Assembly (NCBI GenBank): GCA_026066175.1
Contig: GCA_026066175.1_4721.1
Strand: one strand, 5' to 3'
Length of the DNA stretch: 64,000 bases
Origin: a phage
The translations under genes and the position numbers were made by a program. Of the stretch, positions 1 to 9,534 are shown one piece after another; position 1 is the stretch's first letter; each line of letters starts with the position of its first letter. Below the pieces are notes generated by a model. It saw only the letters and a list, made by a program, of their open reading frames with translations. It was not told the origin of the DNA and did not search any database.

Positions 1-29
1 TAACGAGCGGGTGTACATATCACTCCCTC

Positions 30-1175
30 TTATAGCGGTAACGTATCAAGCCATGCAGAAACCTTCAGGGCATCAACGTTCGGATATTTATTGCGTACAC
101 GTTCAACCAATAAACGCTTCACGTTGTCTTTTGTCAAGTCCCCACCTTTCTCGATAACGTTGTTAACAAAACTGTTCTTTAATAACGATTGGTTATTTTT
201 GGCATCGGTTTTAATCGACCAAATGAAACCTGGGTATAAAGCAGGAATAGAACGGAACGTTTTCGCTGCATCATCTTCCTTATCGCAACGGATTCGGATA
301 TGATCCCCTTTTTTCAATGAGGCAAGTTCCCGTTCCAAAACACGTACGATTTCATCGCCAACAAGACCATGCAATTTTATCGTCTTGTAGACATCGGCTT
401 TCTTGTTCTCAACGAACTCCCATTGGTCATTGAACGATTCGGTTAATGCGTATCGAAGATAACCTTTCGGACCTTCTTCTCCATGCGCAAGACGTCCGAA
501 CGAACCTCCCACCATGATACGCCCTTTCTGCGACTGTAAGTGAATATGCCCACTTACAATCCATCCTTGCGTTTTCTCCACCATCACGTTATACGCATCG
601 CTGCTATGCACACATGTTGCTTTTAACGCTTCGGGTGGTAGTTGATACTCAAACGCACCGTGCATCAGAATAAAGTCGGGCGATCCTTTCTCATCAATGA
701 GTTTGTTCACAGCTGCTAACGTCACGTCTGGGTCATGGCTGTAGTTATCAGGAAGATAAAGCACTTTCAACCCGAAGTCTTCATCGACCATGCAGAGATC
801 GTCATAGTAACGAACTTTCGCACCGATTTCCATGACTTCATTCTGTTCCACAAACCACTGGCTTTGCTTCTGATCGTGTAAGTTGGTGCCCTCAAGAAAG
901 ATCAACGTAATATCGTGTTTTCTTGCGTATCTTAACAGCCAGGTACCCCAGGCACGAACAGCAACCACATCGCTTGTTACAAAGGTCGTAATACGGTCGA
1001 AGACATCACCACTGAATGTAATCACGTCGAGTAACGCCGGGTCCTCTTTCGTGATGTAATAACGCAGCTGGCTAATCAGGTTTACCGTTGGCGTTTGACG
1101 ATGGATAAAATGAATATCCGATAAATTGATTCCTCGTAATACCCCAGGCGTTTTATTTCGGCTGAAGTCTCGCAT
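30..1175 (-). CDS. calcineurin-like metallophosphoesterase (possible SbcD/Mre11-type nuclease)
   Basis: 381-aa ORF with metallophosphoesterase motifs in canonical order: SDIHF (D-x-H), FSGDVFD (GD), EGTNLHD (GNH[DE]-like), LMHG, SGHIHL (GH-x-H). Start ATG overlaps the stop of the upstream ORF (TAATG). Confidence 0.6.
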   Translation of the reverse strand: MRDFSRNKTPGVLRGINLSDIHFIHRQTPTVNLISQLRYYITKEDPALLDVITFSGDVFDRITTFVTSDVVAVRAWGTWLLRYARKHDITLIFLEGTNLHDQKQSQWFVEQNEVMEIGAKVRYYDDLCMVDEDFGLKVLYLPDNYSHDPDVTLAAVNKLIDEKGSPDFILMHGAFEYQLPPEALKATCVHSSDAYNVMVEKTQGWIVSGHIHLQSQKGRIMVGGSFGRLAHGEEGPKGYLRYALTESFNDQWEFVENKKADVYKTIKLHGLVGDEIVRVLERELASLKKGDHIRIRCDKEDDAAKTFRSIPALYPGFIWSIKTDAKNNQSLLKNSFVNNVIEKGGDLTKDNVKRLLVERVRNKYPNVDALKVSAWLDTLPL

Positions 1176-1951
1176 TAGAATTCCTCTAAATCGTTGCTGC
1201 TGATCGTCCCGGTTGTCGACGGAATATTGCTACGACCTGCTGTTGTCGAAGCCGGTGCGGCCAGGTTCAGTCCGTTCAATAACCCACGCTCTTTTACCGT
1301 ACGACGTGAGCCGTCACGAACATCATAAAGAGGTACGTTATAATGGTCGAAAATCCGAAGCCATTGTACGTAATCCGCAACCACATGTTCTTTGCTCTCG
1401 TTCGGCGCAAAACGATCGAGTTGGTGGTCAACGTAAGCTTTTGCGCTTTCAGGATTGAAATTGTACTGTCGGCGGGCCTTGTCCACCATCGCAAGAAAAC
1501 AGGTGTTAGGGTCGCGGTTGATATACGAACGCGTTCTGATGAAAATCGCTGGGACCGTAAACAGAACCTTGTTGTTATTTCCATCAGCAACAATGTTAAC
1601 AGCACGGTGTGGCTGACCGGCGATTTTACACCAGTCGTGAACGATGGTACTATTACTCAACATCTCTGCGTATTCAGGGTCCTGCGAAAACATGCCTGCG
1701 AACGGATGCAGGAAATGTCTCACGAACAACGATTCAGGCAGGATGTTGGGACGCGTCATCTCCTGTAACCCTTTTCGTAGAAGCTCGCTGTTGTCGACTA
1801 ACTCCTGCCATATGTCCGGTCGTGTTTTCGGAATAGAAGGATCCTGAGCGCGGCGGATACGTTCTTCCTCGTTTACCACCACTACCCCAGCCGGATACCC
1901 TAGTAAATCCGTTCCTTCGTTAACGTTGCTGTTAGTTTGGCGCGCCTTCAT
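1175..1951 (-). CDS. hypothetical protein
   Basis: 258-aa ORF; AGGAGG Shine-Dalgarno just upstream of the ATG at 1951; stop overlaps the start of the downstream gene. Confidence 0.5.
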   Translation of the reverse strand: MKARQTNSNVNEGTDLLGYPAGVVVVNEEERIRRAQDPSIPKTRPDIWQELVDNSELLRKGLQEMTRPNILPESLFVRHFLHPFAGMFSQDPEYAEMLSNSTIVHDWCKIAGQPHRAVNIVADGNNNKVLFTVPAIFIRTRSYINRDPNTCFLAMVDKARRQYNFNPESAKAYVDHQLDRFAPNESKEHVVADYVQWLRIFDHYNVPLYDVRDGSRRTVKERGLLNGLNLAAPASTTAGRSNIPSTTGTISSNDLEEF

Positions 1952-2339
1952 TTACTTCCTCCTGCCATTTAACAAAGTTACCGCGTTCAGATCGCAAAAC
2001 ACCGCTTAAATCGTACGACATGCCTTTCTCTGTGACAATCCCTCCAATCTGGAGATCGACACGTTCCGTCGTTGAATCAATATACTTAACACGGACTTTT
2101 AGTTCCACGCGATCATAATACCGCATTAAATAGTCGTACAACATTCGATACGTCGCATCTTCTAATTTAGGTGCGCTGTATTGCGATGTTGCAATCAGGT
2201 ACGGTAATGAAACGATGGAACCTTGGTAACAATACGATTGGGAGTAGTTCGATATTGCAAAATTGGTCATGAGTCCATCTAGCTTCTTACCTGACGCTGT
2301 TAAAAAGCTTGATAGTCCTGGTAATGGATTCGACGCCAT
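1932..2339 (-). CDS. hypothetical protein (start trimmed from ORF 1932..2567)
   Basis: The first ~76 codons of the tracked ORF overlap gene 2353..2805 in another frame and look non-protein-like; internal ATG at 2339 is preceded by a GGAG SD. Confidence 0.4.
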   Translation of the reverse strand: MASNPLPGLSSFLTASGKKLDGLMTNFAISNYSQSYCYQGSIVSLPYLIATSQYSAPKLEDATYRMLYDYLMRYYDRVELKVRVKYIDSTTERVDLQIGGIVTEKGMSYDLSGVLRSERGNFVKWQEEVNEGAPN

Positions 2340-2352
2340 GAGGAACTCCTCG

Positions 2353-2805
2353 TTATTTTCGGTTGAGCGCTGCCAGCGTTTCGTAATCAGGCATGTGCCC
2401 CAATTGAAGATCAACAGGAACAGATGTTTGTGCCGCTGGTCCGTGGAATATTCGTTTATGCATATCGATATACCCGCATTCCAAACAAACAACATCAGCC
2501 AATTCCGACGGGTGATGTGGCGGGTCAATCCGTAAACGTTTATAATATTCCAACTGCCACCAGGCATGGAAATAGTTGTTGTATGCTGCTGACTTCTGGT
2601 TCGCGCATTTAAGTCCGTAAAGCACCCAAAGCTCAGCCATGAATTTCTTCATGTTTTCAATCGCGGGTACATCAGGTTTCATCACGGTAGAAATAAAAAG
2701 CAATGGTGAGTTATTATCACCAAAACAACCTTGTAGTGTATTACCAAAACGTTCAATATCCAGGCAAAGATACTCGCTTGATTTACCCTCAAAATGAACC
2801 GTCAT
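2353..2805 (-). CDS. hypothetical protein
   Basis: 150-aa ORF with ATG start and a weak GGAG-like SD. Confidence 0.45.
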   Translation of the reverse strand: MTVHFEGKSSEYLCLDIERFGNTLQGCFGDNNSPLLFISTVMKPDVPAIENMKKFMAELWVLYGLKCANQKSAAYNNYFHAWWQLEYYKRLRIDPPHHPSELADVVCLECGYIDMHKRIFHGPAAQTSVPVDLQLGHMPDYETLAALNRK

Positions 2806-2929
2806 CGATATCTCCCATTAAAAACGTTTTCTATTTCATAGAGTGCTGGAAATTCGTAGAAAATTACAAAAAGAAAAAGAAGGGCGCGGCCCCTCCCCAC
2901 CCGAGGGCAGGGAGAAACCGCAGATATCA

Positions 2930-3394
2930 TTAAACCAGCGCCGCGATAACGTCGTTGACGTTGCGACCGCGCAGCTCAGCCGCTAAGCGAATCACTTCAT
3001 CCAGGGAACGCGTTGTACGAATCTTGGCCACTTTCCAATTTTCAGGATACTGTTCGAAGTTCAGCAGCCAGGTCATGACTTTCGCTTGTTCCACACCGTT
3101 CAGCTTGATGGTCGTACGCGGATTGGCTTTAAACCACTTCTTGCTTAACTGTGCCATACGGCGAACAGGGTAAGCATAAGCGCGAGTCCAGTCTTTGGAC
3201 AGATTGTCGAGTAATTCACGATAGCTGCTGTCGTAGTCTTTGTTAATACGACGTAACAGCCAGTTGGCGGTCATCTGGTAGAGTTTATCGTCTTCACGTA
3301 AACGCATACCTGCCATCGCTAAATAAACAATAAGGCCCGCACCCATAATCAGAGACAGGATAAACAGAATTTGAGTTTCTTGAGCTAATGTCAT
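2930..3394 (-). CDS. small membrane protein (single N-terminal TM helix)
   Basis: Internal ATG at 3394 preceded by AGGA SD; N-terminal hydrophobic stretch ILFILSLIMGAGLIVYLAMAG. Confidence 0.45.
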   Translation of the reverse strand: MTLAQETQILFILSLIMGAGLIVYLAMAGMRLREDDKLYQMTANWLLRRINKDYDSSYRELLDNLSKDWTRAYAYPVRRMAQLSKKWFKANPRTTIKLNGVEQAKVMTWLLNFEQYPENWKVAKIRTTRSLDEVIRLAAELRGRNVNDVIAALV

Positions 3395-3521
3395 TTTACT
3401 ATCCTCGGATTTATTAGGATTTGATTTCCAATATAAGGACAACGCCTTATACAGTCGATTGATGTTGTACATCGCATCTGTGATGTATCACAGAAGTAAT
3501 ATAGCCGTGAAAATTATTGTA

Positions 3522-4322
3522 TTAACGTGTTCTCCTGTCACGATGGGTATATGACTGTAATCCGATGTCCATATGCGGTAACGTCAATGTTTGCCAGATC
3601 TGTTGTGCGTAGCGATCGAGTGTGTAGTCGTTGGTAACGCAGTCAACAGGTTCAATGAGATGCGTCGTATATTGACTTTTCTCTGAAAACGGATCAACGT
3701 TAGCAGTATCTCCTAGTCCGCTTTTCACCGTGAAAACAAGACGAGTAACCACCATCGCTTTACGTTGTTGCTCGTTATAACGAAGGCCACGATAAATCGC
3801 ATAGCTCGCGCCTTTCAGGCTTCGGGTATAACGAAGGTCAGATGTTGTCCCGCCAATTTGATGCAACATCCAGTCTAATGTATCCCGCCAGTATTTATCA
3901 TCCGTGTCAGGTACCTCGATACCGTAACGGGTGGGAAGCATATCCAGAAGCAGTTTGTAGAGTCCACGACGCAAGCCGTGTTCTTCTGTTTCTGATAACA
4001 TCTTTCCTCCAACATAACGAGAAATACGTGTTCGTAAATACGCACGAATAAACATGCACGTCATTACTGTTTTCGAGTGGCTGGTGATGTCTTCAAAAGT
4101 ATCAACACTGAAACTCGTTTCGATCAACCGTCCGTTAAAGTACAATGCAGCTACATACATCGCGCTACTGCTGTCTCGGTCGATGTTCAAACGACCGCAG
4201 ATATTGGCTGCGTCGTTCATGGTAAATTCGAGTTTGTCGTGTTCAATACGGTAGATAATATCTTCTTGGGTTGCCAGGCTCGCAATACGACGATAGCCTG
4301 GAGTAGTACGTTTAACGCTCAT
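3522..4322 (-). CDS. hypothetical protein
   Basis: Start placed at the ATG at 4322 (GAGGA SD 7 nt upstream) rather than the tracked ATG at 4361, which lies inside the conserved TTTATGCCGTC intergenic motif. Confidence 0.5.
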   Translation of the reverse strand: MSVKRTTPGYRRIASLATQEDIIYRIEHDKLEFTMNDAANICGRLNIDRDSSSAMYVAALYFNGRLIETSFSVDTFEDITSHSKTVMTCMFIRAYLRTRISRYVGGKMLSETEEHGLRRGLYKLLLDMLPTRYGIEVPDTDDKYWRDTLDWMLHQIGGTTSDLRYTRSLKGASYAIYRGLRYNEQQRKAMVVTRLVFTVKSGLGDTANVDPFSEKSQYTTHLIEPVDCVTNDYTLDRYAQQIWQTLTLPHMDIGLQSYTHRDRRTR

Positions 4323-4353
4323 AATGGTCCTCGATTTCAATTTTAGGATTACA

Positions 4354-4389
4354 GACGGCATAAACCCTCCCCGCGCTATGCAGGGAGGG
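4354..4389 (-). promoter_or_regulatory. GC-rich hairpin plus conserved TTTATGCCGTC motif (terminator / late-promoter-like composite)
   Basis: Minus strand reads hairpin CCCTCCC..GGGAGGG followed directly by TTTATGCCGTC, about 40 nt upstream of the gene start at 4322. Same composite recurs at about 12883, 39180 and 61262. Confidence 0.45.
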
Positions 4390-4412
4390 TAGCCATTGGT
4401 TGTCTTCGCCGG

Positions 4413-5051
4413 TTAGCCTAATTTACCTCCGGCGATGTTCGTGAAGTCTTCACCATCAGGGACCTGCAACAGAATACGTGCCATGTCCCAGTTGGTCAAT
4501 GTGATTGCTTTATCATCGATACTCAGTTCTGGTAGGTCGAGCTCATGATCATCGAACTCGTAGGAAATGCTCCATGTTTCATCAGTTTTAGGATCAGTTA
4601 TCAGCACACCGTCTGTTACACGCATGTAATCAGGGTGCAGCTCATTACTGAACGTGCTGAACGGATCGGTGTAACATTCAGCATAACCCTCGATCTGCTG
4701 ACGCTGTGCCTTCGTACGTAACTCAGGACACGCCATGATCAGCTGTCGGGAAATGCCGTTAGCCGCTCGGAAATCTTCCACGGTGATGCACGGCATCACC
4801 ACATCGTCATGGAAGATATTCTCCGACTGTCTCAACAAGGTCTTACGAAGTTCAGTATAGTTGATCTGATTGAACGTATCGAATGTTGCTAACGATTCCG
4901 CGTAAAAATGCTTTACGTGTTCGTTTGCGCCACCGAGACTGTTCATCAGCTTATGACCATACTCCATAAAGCTTTTATCGAGCCCAGTATTCATTTCTCC
5001 GAACCGTAGTGCACGATAGCTGTCTCGTCCACCTGTAAATATTTGCGCCAT
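4413..5051 (-). CDS. hypothetical protein
   Basis: 212-aa ORF; strong AAAGGAGG SD upstream of the ATG at 5051. Confidence 0.5.
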   Translation of the reverse strand: MAQIFTGGRDSYRALRFGEMNTGLDKSFMEYGHKLMNSLGGANEHVKHFYAESLATFDTFNQINYTELRKTLLRQSENIFHDDVVMPCITVEDFRAANGISRQLIMACPELRTKAQRQQIEGYAECYTDPFSTFSNELHPDYMRVTDGVLITDPKTDETWSISYEFDDHELDLPELSIDDKAITLTNWDMARILLQVPDGEDFTNIAGGKLG

Positions 5052-5066
5052 TACAGGCGTCCTCCT

Positions 5067-5304
5067 TTAGCATTGGTTATTGATTGCTTCTATTTCATCG
5101 ATATACGGTTCTACGTCATCGCCCTCCACGAATTCGTTGAACCAACAGTCAATCGTTGAGATAACCGGTGACTGATGTTCACATTTCTTAGATACCTTAA
5201 ACGGAACGTTGTTATCCATCATACCGAGTTCGGGTCGGAATCGCCCGAAATGTTTCGCAGTCCAAATGTCTGGGACGATATGGTTGTTCATAGCGTCTCC
5301 GTCG
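5067..5304 (-). CDS. RNAP beta-prime N-terminal subunit, exon 3 (starts inside the catalytic DFDGD motif)
   Basis: In-frame codons just upstream of tracked ORF 5067..5291 read C-GAC-GGA-GAC-GCT-ATG = (F)DGDAM, followed by MNNHIVP, matching bacterial beta-prime NADFDGDQMAVHVP. Boundary set after the G that follows the intron S element. Confidence 0.55.
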
Positions 5305-5683
5305 CTGTTTGTCGACTATATCTTCATCTTCATTGCGAAGAGACTCTCGTTTGGGTTTGTGTTTAACAAAGCCTACTCTACTCAACATCGCGTCTTTCGA
5401 TAGTCTGTGAGCACACATCTTAACGAATATTCGTGGGTTCCTACAGACAGGTGAATATTCTTGTTGAGATGCTTCGCTGCGGATTATTCCCGTCCTACCT
5501 CTTTTACCATACCCAGTTCATTACGCTGGCCCTCATCGATGTCACCATGATGAGTTGGTGTGTAGTCCGATTACAGAAACTTCCCGTCAATTAGAGAGTT
5601 TTAACTATGCTCCTGTTACCAGGAACCAGATCCCGACGGCATCAATAAATCAACGTAAGTTATTGATTTAATTGAAAAAACTG
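5305..5683 (-). mobile_element. group I intron B (td-like, ORF-less)
   Basis: Minus strand carries group I core elements in order: Q AATCCGCAGC (5490-5476), R TCACAGACTA (5410-5401), S GATATAGTC (5322-5314), ending in G at 5305. P3-like AACTCTCTAATTGACGGGAAG near 5615. Only about 9 nt separate S from the 3' splice site (short P9). Confidence 0.55.
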
Positions 5684-5696
5684 AAATCTGCATTAT
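5684..5696 (-). CDS. 13-nt micro-exon (AT-AAT-GCA-GAT-TT) encoding the NADF part of YNADFDGD
   Basis: Lies between intron A (ends in G at 5697) and intron B. Splicing exon1-microexon-exon3 gives in-frame ...MILKGS-Y-NADF-DGDAMNNHIVP..., recreating the universal YNADFDGD motif. Both upstream exons end in U as group I 5' splice sites require. Confidence 0.5.
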
Positions 5697-6059
5697 CTAA
5701 ACCTTCGATATGGTTCGCTACGCCATACCCGCACATACGTGCAGCTTACGTCTTTCACGTAAGAAGAGACTATATCTTTCACCCTCAGCTTTACCTGTTA
5801 GGGGCTCCCATTTCGGCGGTCGTTTGACCGGTGGTTTCCCACGCCGCTTGGCCCTAACGCCCGTAAGCGATAGTCGTTGAGCACATCTCCGTTCTGGAGA
5901 CTTCGCTGCGGATTCCCCAATCCTTACTGCTTTTACCGTACCTGAATGATTAGTTCAGCCCCATGCTCTGTTCCCAGGCATGGTTGGTGAGCAAGGCTCT
6001 AAGTAGGTTCCCGCTATTAGAGAGTTCCTCGTGATAGCATTACTGTGTCACTGGGCCTA
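5697..6059 (-). mobile_element. group I intron A (td-like, ORF-less)
   Basis: Minus strand core elements: GGAACTCTCTAATAGCGGGAACC (P3 region), GGTAAAAGCAGTAAGGATTGGGGAATCCGCAGC (Q, 5914-5905), TCAACGACTA (R, 5880-5871), GATATAGTC (S, 5776-5768), then P9 hairpins CTTACGTGAAAGACGTAAG and GCACGTATGTGC. No ORF of 60 aa or more in this stretch. Confidence 0.65.
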
Positions 6060-7305
6060 ATGACCCTTTCAAGATCATCACGCTTAACCCGATGGTATTA
6101 TCCTGCGGGTCGCGTTTAACCTTGGTGATTTCAAGACATTGGTTACTGCTACGGTCAAGTGATGGATTTCGAACAAAGCCACACACAATCCCATCGAACG
6201 GTGTATCAGCAATAAGCTCGTCATGCAGCTCGCTCATCATCGGATGATAATTGCGGACATGCTCTGCAACGAACGCACGGGCTGCTCTTGGTGAATAACC
6301 ACGATGGAATAACTTGGATTGGATATGTTCTTTATTGGTTAGTGTAAATGGTGCGTACGGAAAATGCAGATGATAATAACGATGGTTTGCTGTTATCGAA
6401 CTGATGACCGTACGTGTGGTGAATGGATGTAATGTACCTAATATGTTCTTACGTGTGATCCCTTTCTTCTTACCAATGAACTCATCGAAAATCGCCGAGT
6501 GATACTGCAACAGCTTCAATTGCACTTTCGCCATCCAGTTTTCTTTCTTTCTGGCGCTTAGTGGCGTGGTTGGATGATAGATGCTATTCAATGTTCCGAT
6601 GGCGTCTATCGCACCTTCCATTTTGCTGTCAGCGTAACGTCCTGTTGGCGTGTTCTCGATCACGAACATCATGGCTGCAGGAAAGCTGATGTACTGACTG
6701 AAGAATTTATCCCGATGAATACGGATGAATTCGCGTAGCGTATCAACCTTCTCCATGTTCTTCGGTCCACGTAGTGTTGGGCCTTTATACAAGATCTCCA
6801 TGATACGATCGAAGTTCTGTATAAAGCTATTTATACCGCGTCGTATTCCGAATACATCGAATTGCTGTTCCAGATAGTTCTTAAGTTCGATCGGTCGTTT
6901 TACGTTCGGACGGTAACTGGCATCAATGAGCCACGTCATCGTTTCAAAGCTTTTGATATTCAACTCGCTTGCCAGCACGAGATGGACCAACGGGTTAATG
7001 AACGCATCGATACCTTCCGGTACGCGCGCCCAGACCGTTGAACGAATCTCTTGTTCTGCTGGATAAGTGACAACCGTTTTACAGTTCGGGCACACCGTCC
7101 CTAATAACTCACCGCGATTATAGAAACCACAACCGCATTGCGGGGTGATATCCAAGGTATCGCTAGAGTAAACACGGGTGATGAAACTGTTTAATTTCTT
7201 CTTCTCTTCCACGACCTTCGTATCATAATCGTTCAACAATATCGGCGTAAAAGGAAGTTCTGCGAGCTGTCTATCGAAACTGACGATATCGAGCATGATG
7301 GCCAT
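6060..7305 (-). CDS. RNAP beta-prime N-terminal subunit, exon 1 (non-virion-RNAP-like)
   Basis: Zinc ribbon CGCG..x12..CPNC near the N-terminus. GKKKGITRKNILGTLHPFTTRTVISSI matches beta-prime [25 protein letters not shown]. Tracked ORF runs to a stop at 6040, but homology ends exactly where NADFDGD is expected; predicted 5' splice site is after U at 6060. AGGAG SD upstream of ATG 7305. Confidence 0.7.
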
Positions 7306-7337
7306 GGGGTATCTCCTGCAAATGAAAAAGAACGTTA

Positions 7338-7371
7338 GGACGTATAAGGGAGGGAGGTTGCCCTCCCTCCC
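7338..7371 (-). terminator. rho-independent-type hairpin downstream of the 632-aa gene, followed by a TTATACGTCC variant motif
   Basis: Perfect 10-bp stem GGGAGGGAGG / CCTCCCTCCC with a 4-nt loop (7348-7371); on the minus strand it is followed by TTATACGTCC and a T-rich stretch before the SD of gene 6060..7305. Confidence 0.5.
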
Positions 7372-7397
7372 GTCAGTTTACATCGAACGTTCTTCCA

Positions 7398-9296
7398 TTA
7401 GAACAGGTTGAATGCCCCGCCCATGCCGTTACCGCCCACATTCGGACGATCGTTACGTGCGTAGATGTTACCGCTGATGGTACCCAGACCACGAGCACGT
7501 GCTGCCATGTTACCACGAACAGCGGTACCTGCCAGATGCTGGATGTTCTCAGGACGGATGGTGAAGCCTGCTTCAGCAGCCGCTTCAATCAGTGCCTGCA
7601 GCGCCAGCGGATCGAAATCATAACGCATCGCCCAGCCAGTTTGTTCCCAGCTACCAGACAGAACGCGGTCGATGATTTCGTGACGAGCAACCACACGCTG
7701 AGACATCGACATATCGGTACGGTCGAAGCTGTCTTCCCAAGCTTCTACGGTATCCGGGTTAGTGATGTTCATCATGTACAGATCGTCCATATCACGAATA
7801 TCGTGACGGTTACCGTCCTGGTGGTTGTAGTGACCCAGCGGGATACGGTTACCGGTCGCGTAGACCAGCGGTGAGCCGTACGGATATTTCTTGCTGAAGC
7901 AACCCAGGGTAACATCATCGAACGCACGGAAGAGGGCTTTGTAGCCTTCGGAGTATTCCTGTACGTCCCCTTCAACATTACCCGAGAAGATCTTCTCAGC
8001 CGCCGGGATCATACGCAGCAGCCAGCTGTACTCACCTTCTTCTGGTACGTCGATAGAGATCAGCAGAGACGGATACAGAACCTGTTGCAGGAACTTGTAA
8101 ATCTGCTCGTTGGTTTGCGTAGACAGATCCAGCGGTGCAGTCACTTCAGGATCCAGCACCATCGCCAGAGCACCTGGGTTATGCGGACCAATACCACGAG
8201 CTGCGTTGCTGATTAAAGACTGCGCCCACGCCATGCCGCTGTTCAGCGTAGCGATGGTACCAATCAGACCCAGCACGAAGCTGTTCGGCGTGAACGCATC
8301 CAGTTCCAGCGGATACATGCTGGTCATTACGTAGCGCGGTTGGTACTGTACAGTTGGCGGTACCGGATAACCGTTAACCAGAACAGGACCTTGCTGGAAG
8401 GTCGGGTTCTGCGGGCTGTAGGTCAGATCGATATAACCGGTGGATGCAACCAGACGCTGCTGGCTATCGTAATCGCCCATCGCTTGACGGATGCGGTTAG
8501 AGATAGTTACAGTAATGTCGGAGCGTACCGGGTTACCCGCGATATCGCTATCCTGCATGCCGCTGGTGTTATACTGAACGCTACTGATCGGCTGATCGCT
8601 TGCCATCATACCCAGGTTGAACTGAGGCAGGCCCAGTCTGTCAGCAAAACGCATTTCGGTTGCCGTCTGGATCGCGTTATCCGCTGCGGAAAGCAGGGTG
8701 GTTGCCAGATGCGCAGATTCAGCAGTGATTTCATTGGTCACAACAGCCAGACCAGCGATACGTACCGTACCGTTAGCTTTACCACCGATAGCCGCATACA
8801 TCGCTGCCATGACTTCGTTGATGAACGTGCCGTTCAGGTTATCCACCCAAGTACATGGTACCAGGATGTTACCGTGAGGACCACGTTCTTCACGACGTGG
8901 CAGCGGAGCCAGGCCAGCAACCAGCGGAAGGACGTAACCGAAGAAGTGGTTATGATCACCCACTTTTACACCGCTCATCACAACCAGAGTCGGATACGGT
9001 ACGCTGTACTGATTCGGGTCAACCGCAACAAAGATGAAGTCGTCTTTGAACTGGGTATCTTCCAGATATTTCTCCATCAGACGACGGAGATTCAGTACCT
9101 GCTCGGAGCCGGTATTACGGCTGATACGACGGCTCAGTGTACGGTTAATCGTACGCATCGTATGAGTTACTTTAGGACGGTCAGCAAAATCTGCAGCGGT
9201 TTCGACCGCCTCGTTAGCATGCTGCGCCGTGCGGGTTTCAGCCACGCGGATGTCTACGTTATCGTTACCGTTATTGTTACGTACGTCTAAGCCCAT
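7398..9296 (-). CDS. abundant 632-aa protein; candidate phage-nucleus shell protein (chimallin)
   Basis: Size matches characterised chimallins; codon usage looks high-expression (CGT/GGT/CTG-rich). Own upstream promoter-like element and strong downstream hairpin. Lies immediately upstream of a beta-prime N-terminal gene, the arrangement I recall for phiKZ. No sequence comparison was possible. Confidence 0.45.
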   Translation of the reverse strand: MGLDVRNNNGNDNVDIRVAETRTAQHANEAVETAADFADRPKVTHTMRTINRTLSRRISRNTGSEQVLNLRRLMEKYLEDTQFKDDFIFVAVDPNQYSVPYPTLVVMSGVKVGDHNHFFGYVLPLVAGLAPLPRREERGPHGNILVPCTWVDNLNGTFINEVMAAMYAAIGGKANGTVRIAGLAVVTNEITAESAHLATTLLSAADNAIQTATEMRFADRLGLPQFNLGMMASDQPISSVQYNTSGMQDSDIAGNPVRSDITVTISNRIRQAMGDYDSQQRLVASTGYIDLTYSPQNPTFQQGPVLVNGYPVPPTVQYQPRYVMTSMYPLELDAFTPNSFVLGLIGTIATLNSGMAWAQSLISNAARGIGPHNPGALAMVLDPEVTAPLDLSTQTNEQIYKFLQQVLYPSLLISIDVPEEGEYSWLLRMIPAAEKIFSGNVEGDVQEYSEGYKALFRAFDDVTLGCFSKKYPYGSPLVYATGNRIPLGHYNHQDGNRHDIRDMDDLYMMNITNPDTVEAWEDSFDRTDMSMSQRVVARHEIIDRVLSGSWEQTGWAMRYDFDPLALQALIEAAAEAGFTIRPENIQHLAGTAVRGNMAARARGLGTISGNIYARNDRPNVGGNGMGGAFNLF

Positions 9297-9355
9297 TTGG
9301 GAATCCTCTTTTTCTTAACTTTTAAATGACGTCATTGAATCAGCTTTTTCTCGCT

Positions 9356-9437
9356 CATTCACCTAGGTAATATAACCCTGAAATTTTTTTCAATATTGGT
9401 GCAACCTTATTGAACGATATAAACCCCCAGGTGAATG
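9356..9437 (-). promoter_or_regulatory. conserved AT-rich promoter-like element (TATTGAAAAAAAT..TATATTACCT) flanked by a 12-nt inverted repeat
   Basis: Plus 9365-9395 AGGTAATATAACCCTGAAATTTTTTTCAATA is near-identical to elements at 38275-38305 and 62429-62459. Inverted repeat arms CATTCACCTAGG (9356-9367) and CCAGGTGAATG (9427-9437). About 60-70 nt upstream of the ATG at 9296. Confidence 0.45.
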
Positions 9438-9534
9438 CTGCCGAGAAGCAACATTCTATCTACATATAATCAGGATATGTCTGTAAACTTTTACTTCTCG
9501 TCATATCCGTTTACTATCTTCTTACGGAGTTCGT

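Noticed and set aside
4359-4361. Tracked ATG start for ORF 3522..4361
   Set aside because: The ATG lies inside the conserved TTTATGCCGTC intergenic motif and has no SD; the ATG at 4322 with a GAGGA SD is preferred.
5471-5942. Two ~40-nt imperfect direct repeats (CTTCGCTGCGGATT...TTTTACC) about 430 bp apart in an ORF-free region, at first sight a repeat array
   Set aside because: They are the conserved Q-element regions of two tandem group I introns; there are only two copies with non-repetitive spacers, so this is not a CRISPR or tandem-repeat locus.
8340-9290. 316-aa plus-strand ORF (and similar ORFs such as 35674..36255, 1343..1768, 42525..42917, 31577..31837)
   Set aside because: Antisense shadow ORFs lying entirely inside longer, motif-supported genes on the opposite strand; no SD and low-complexity composition.
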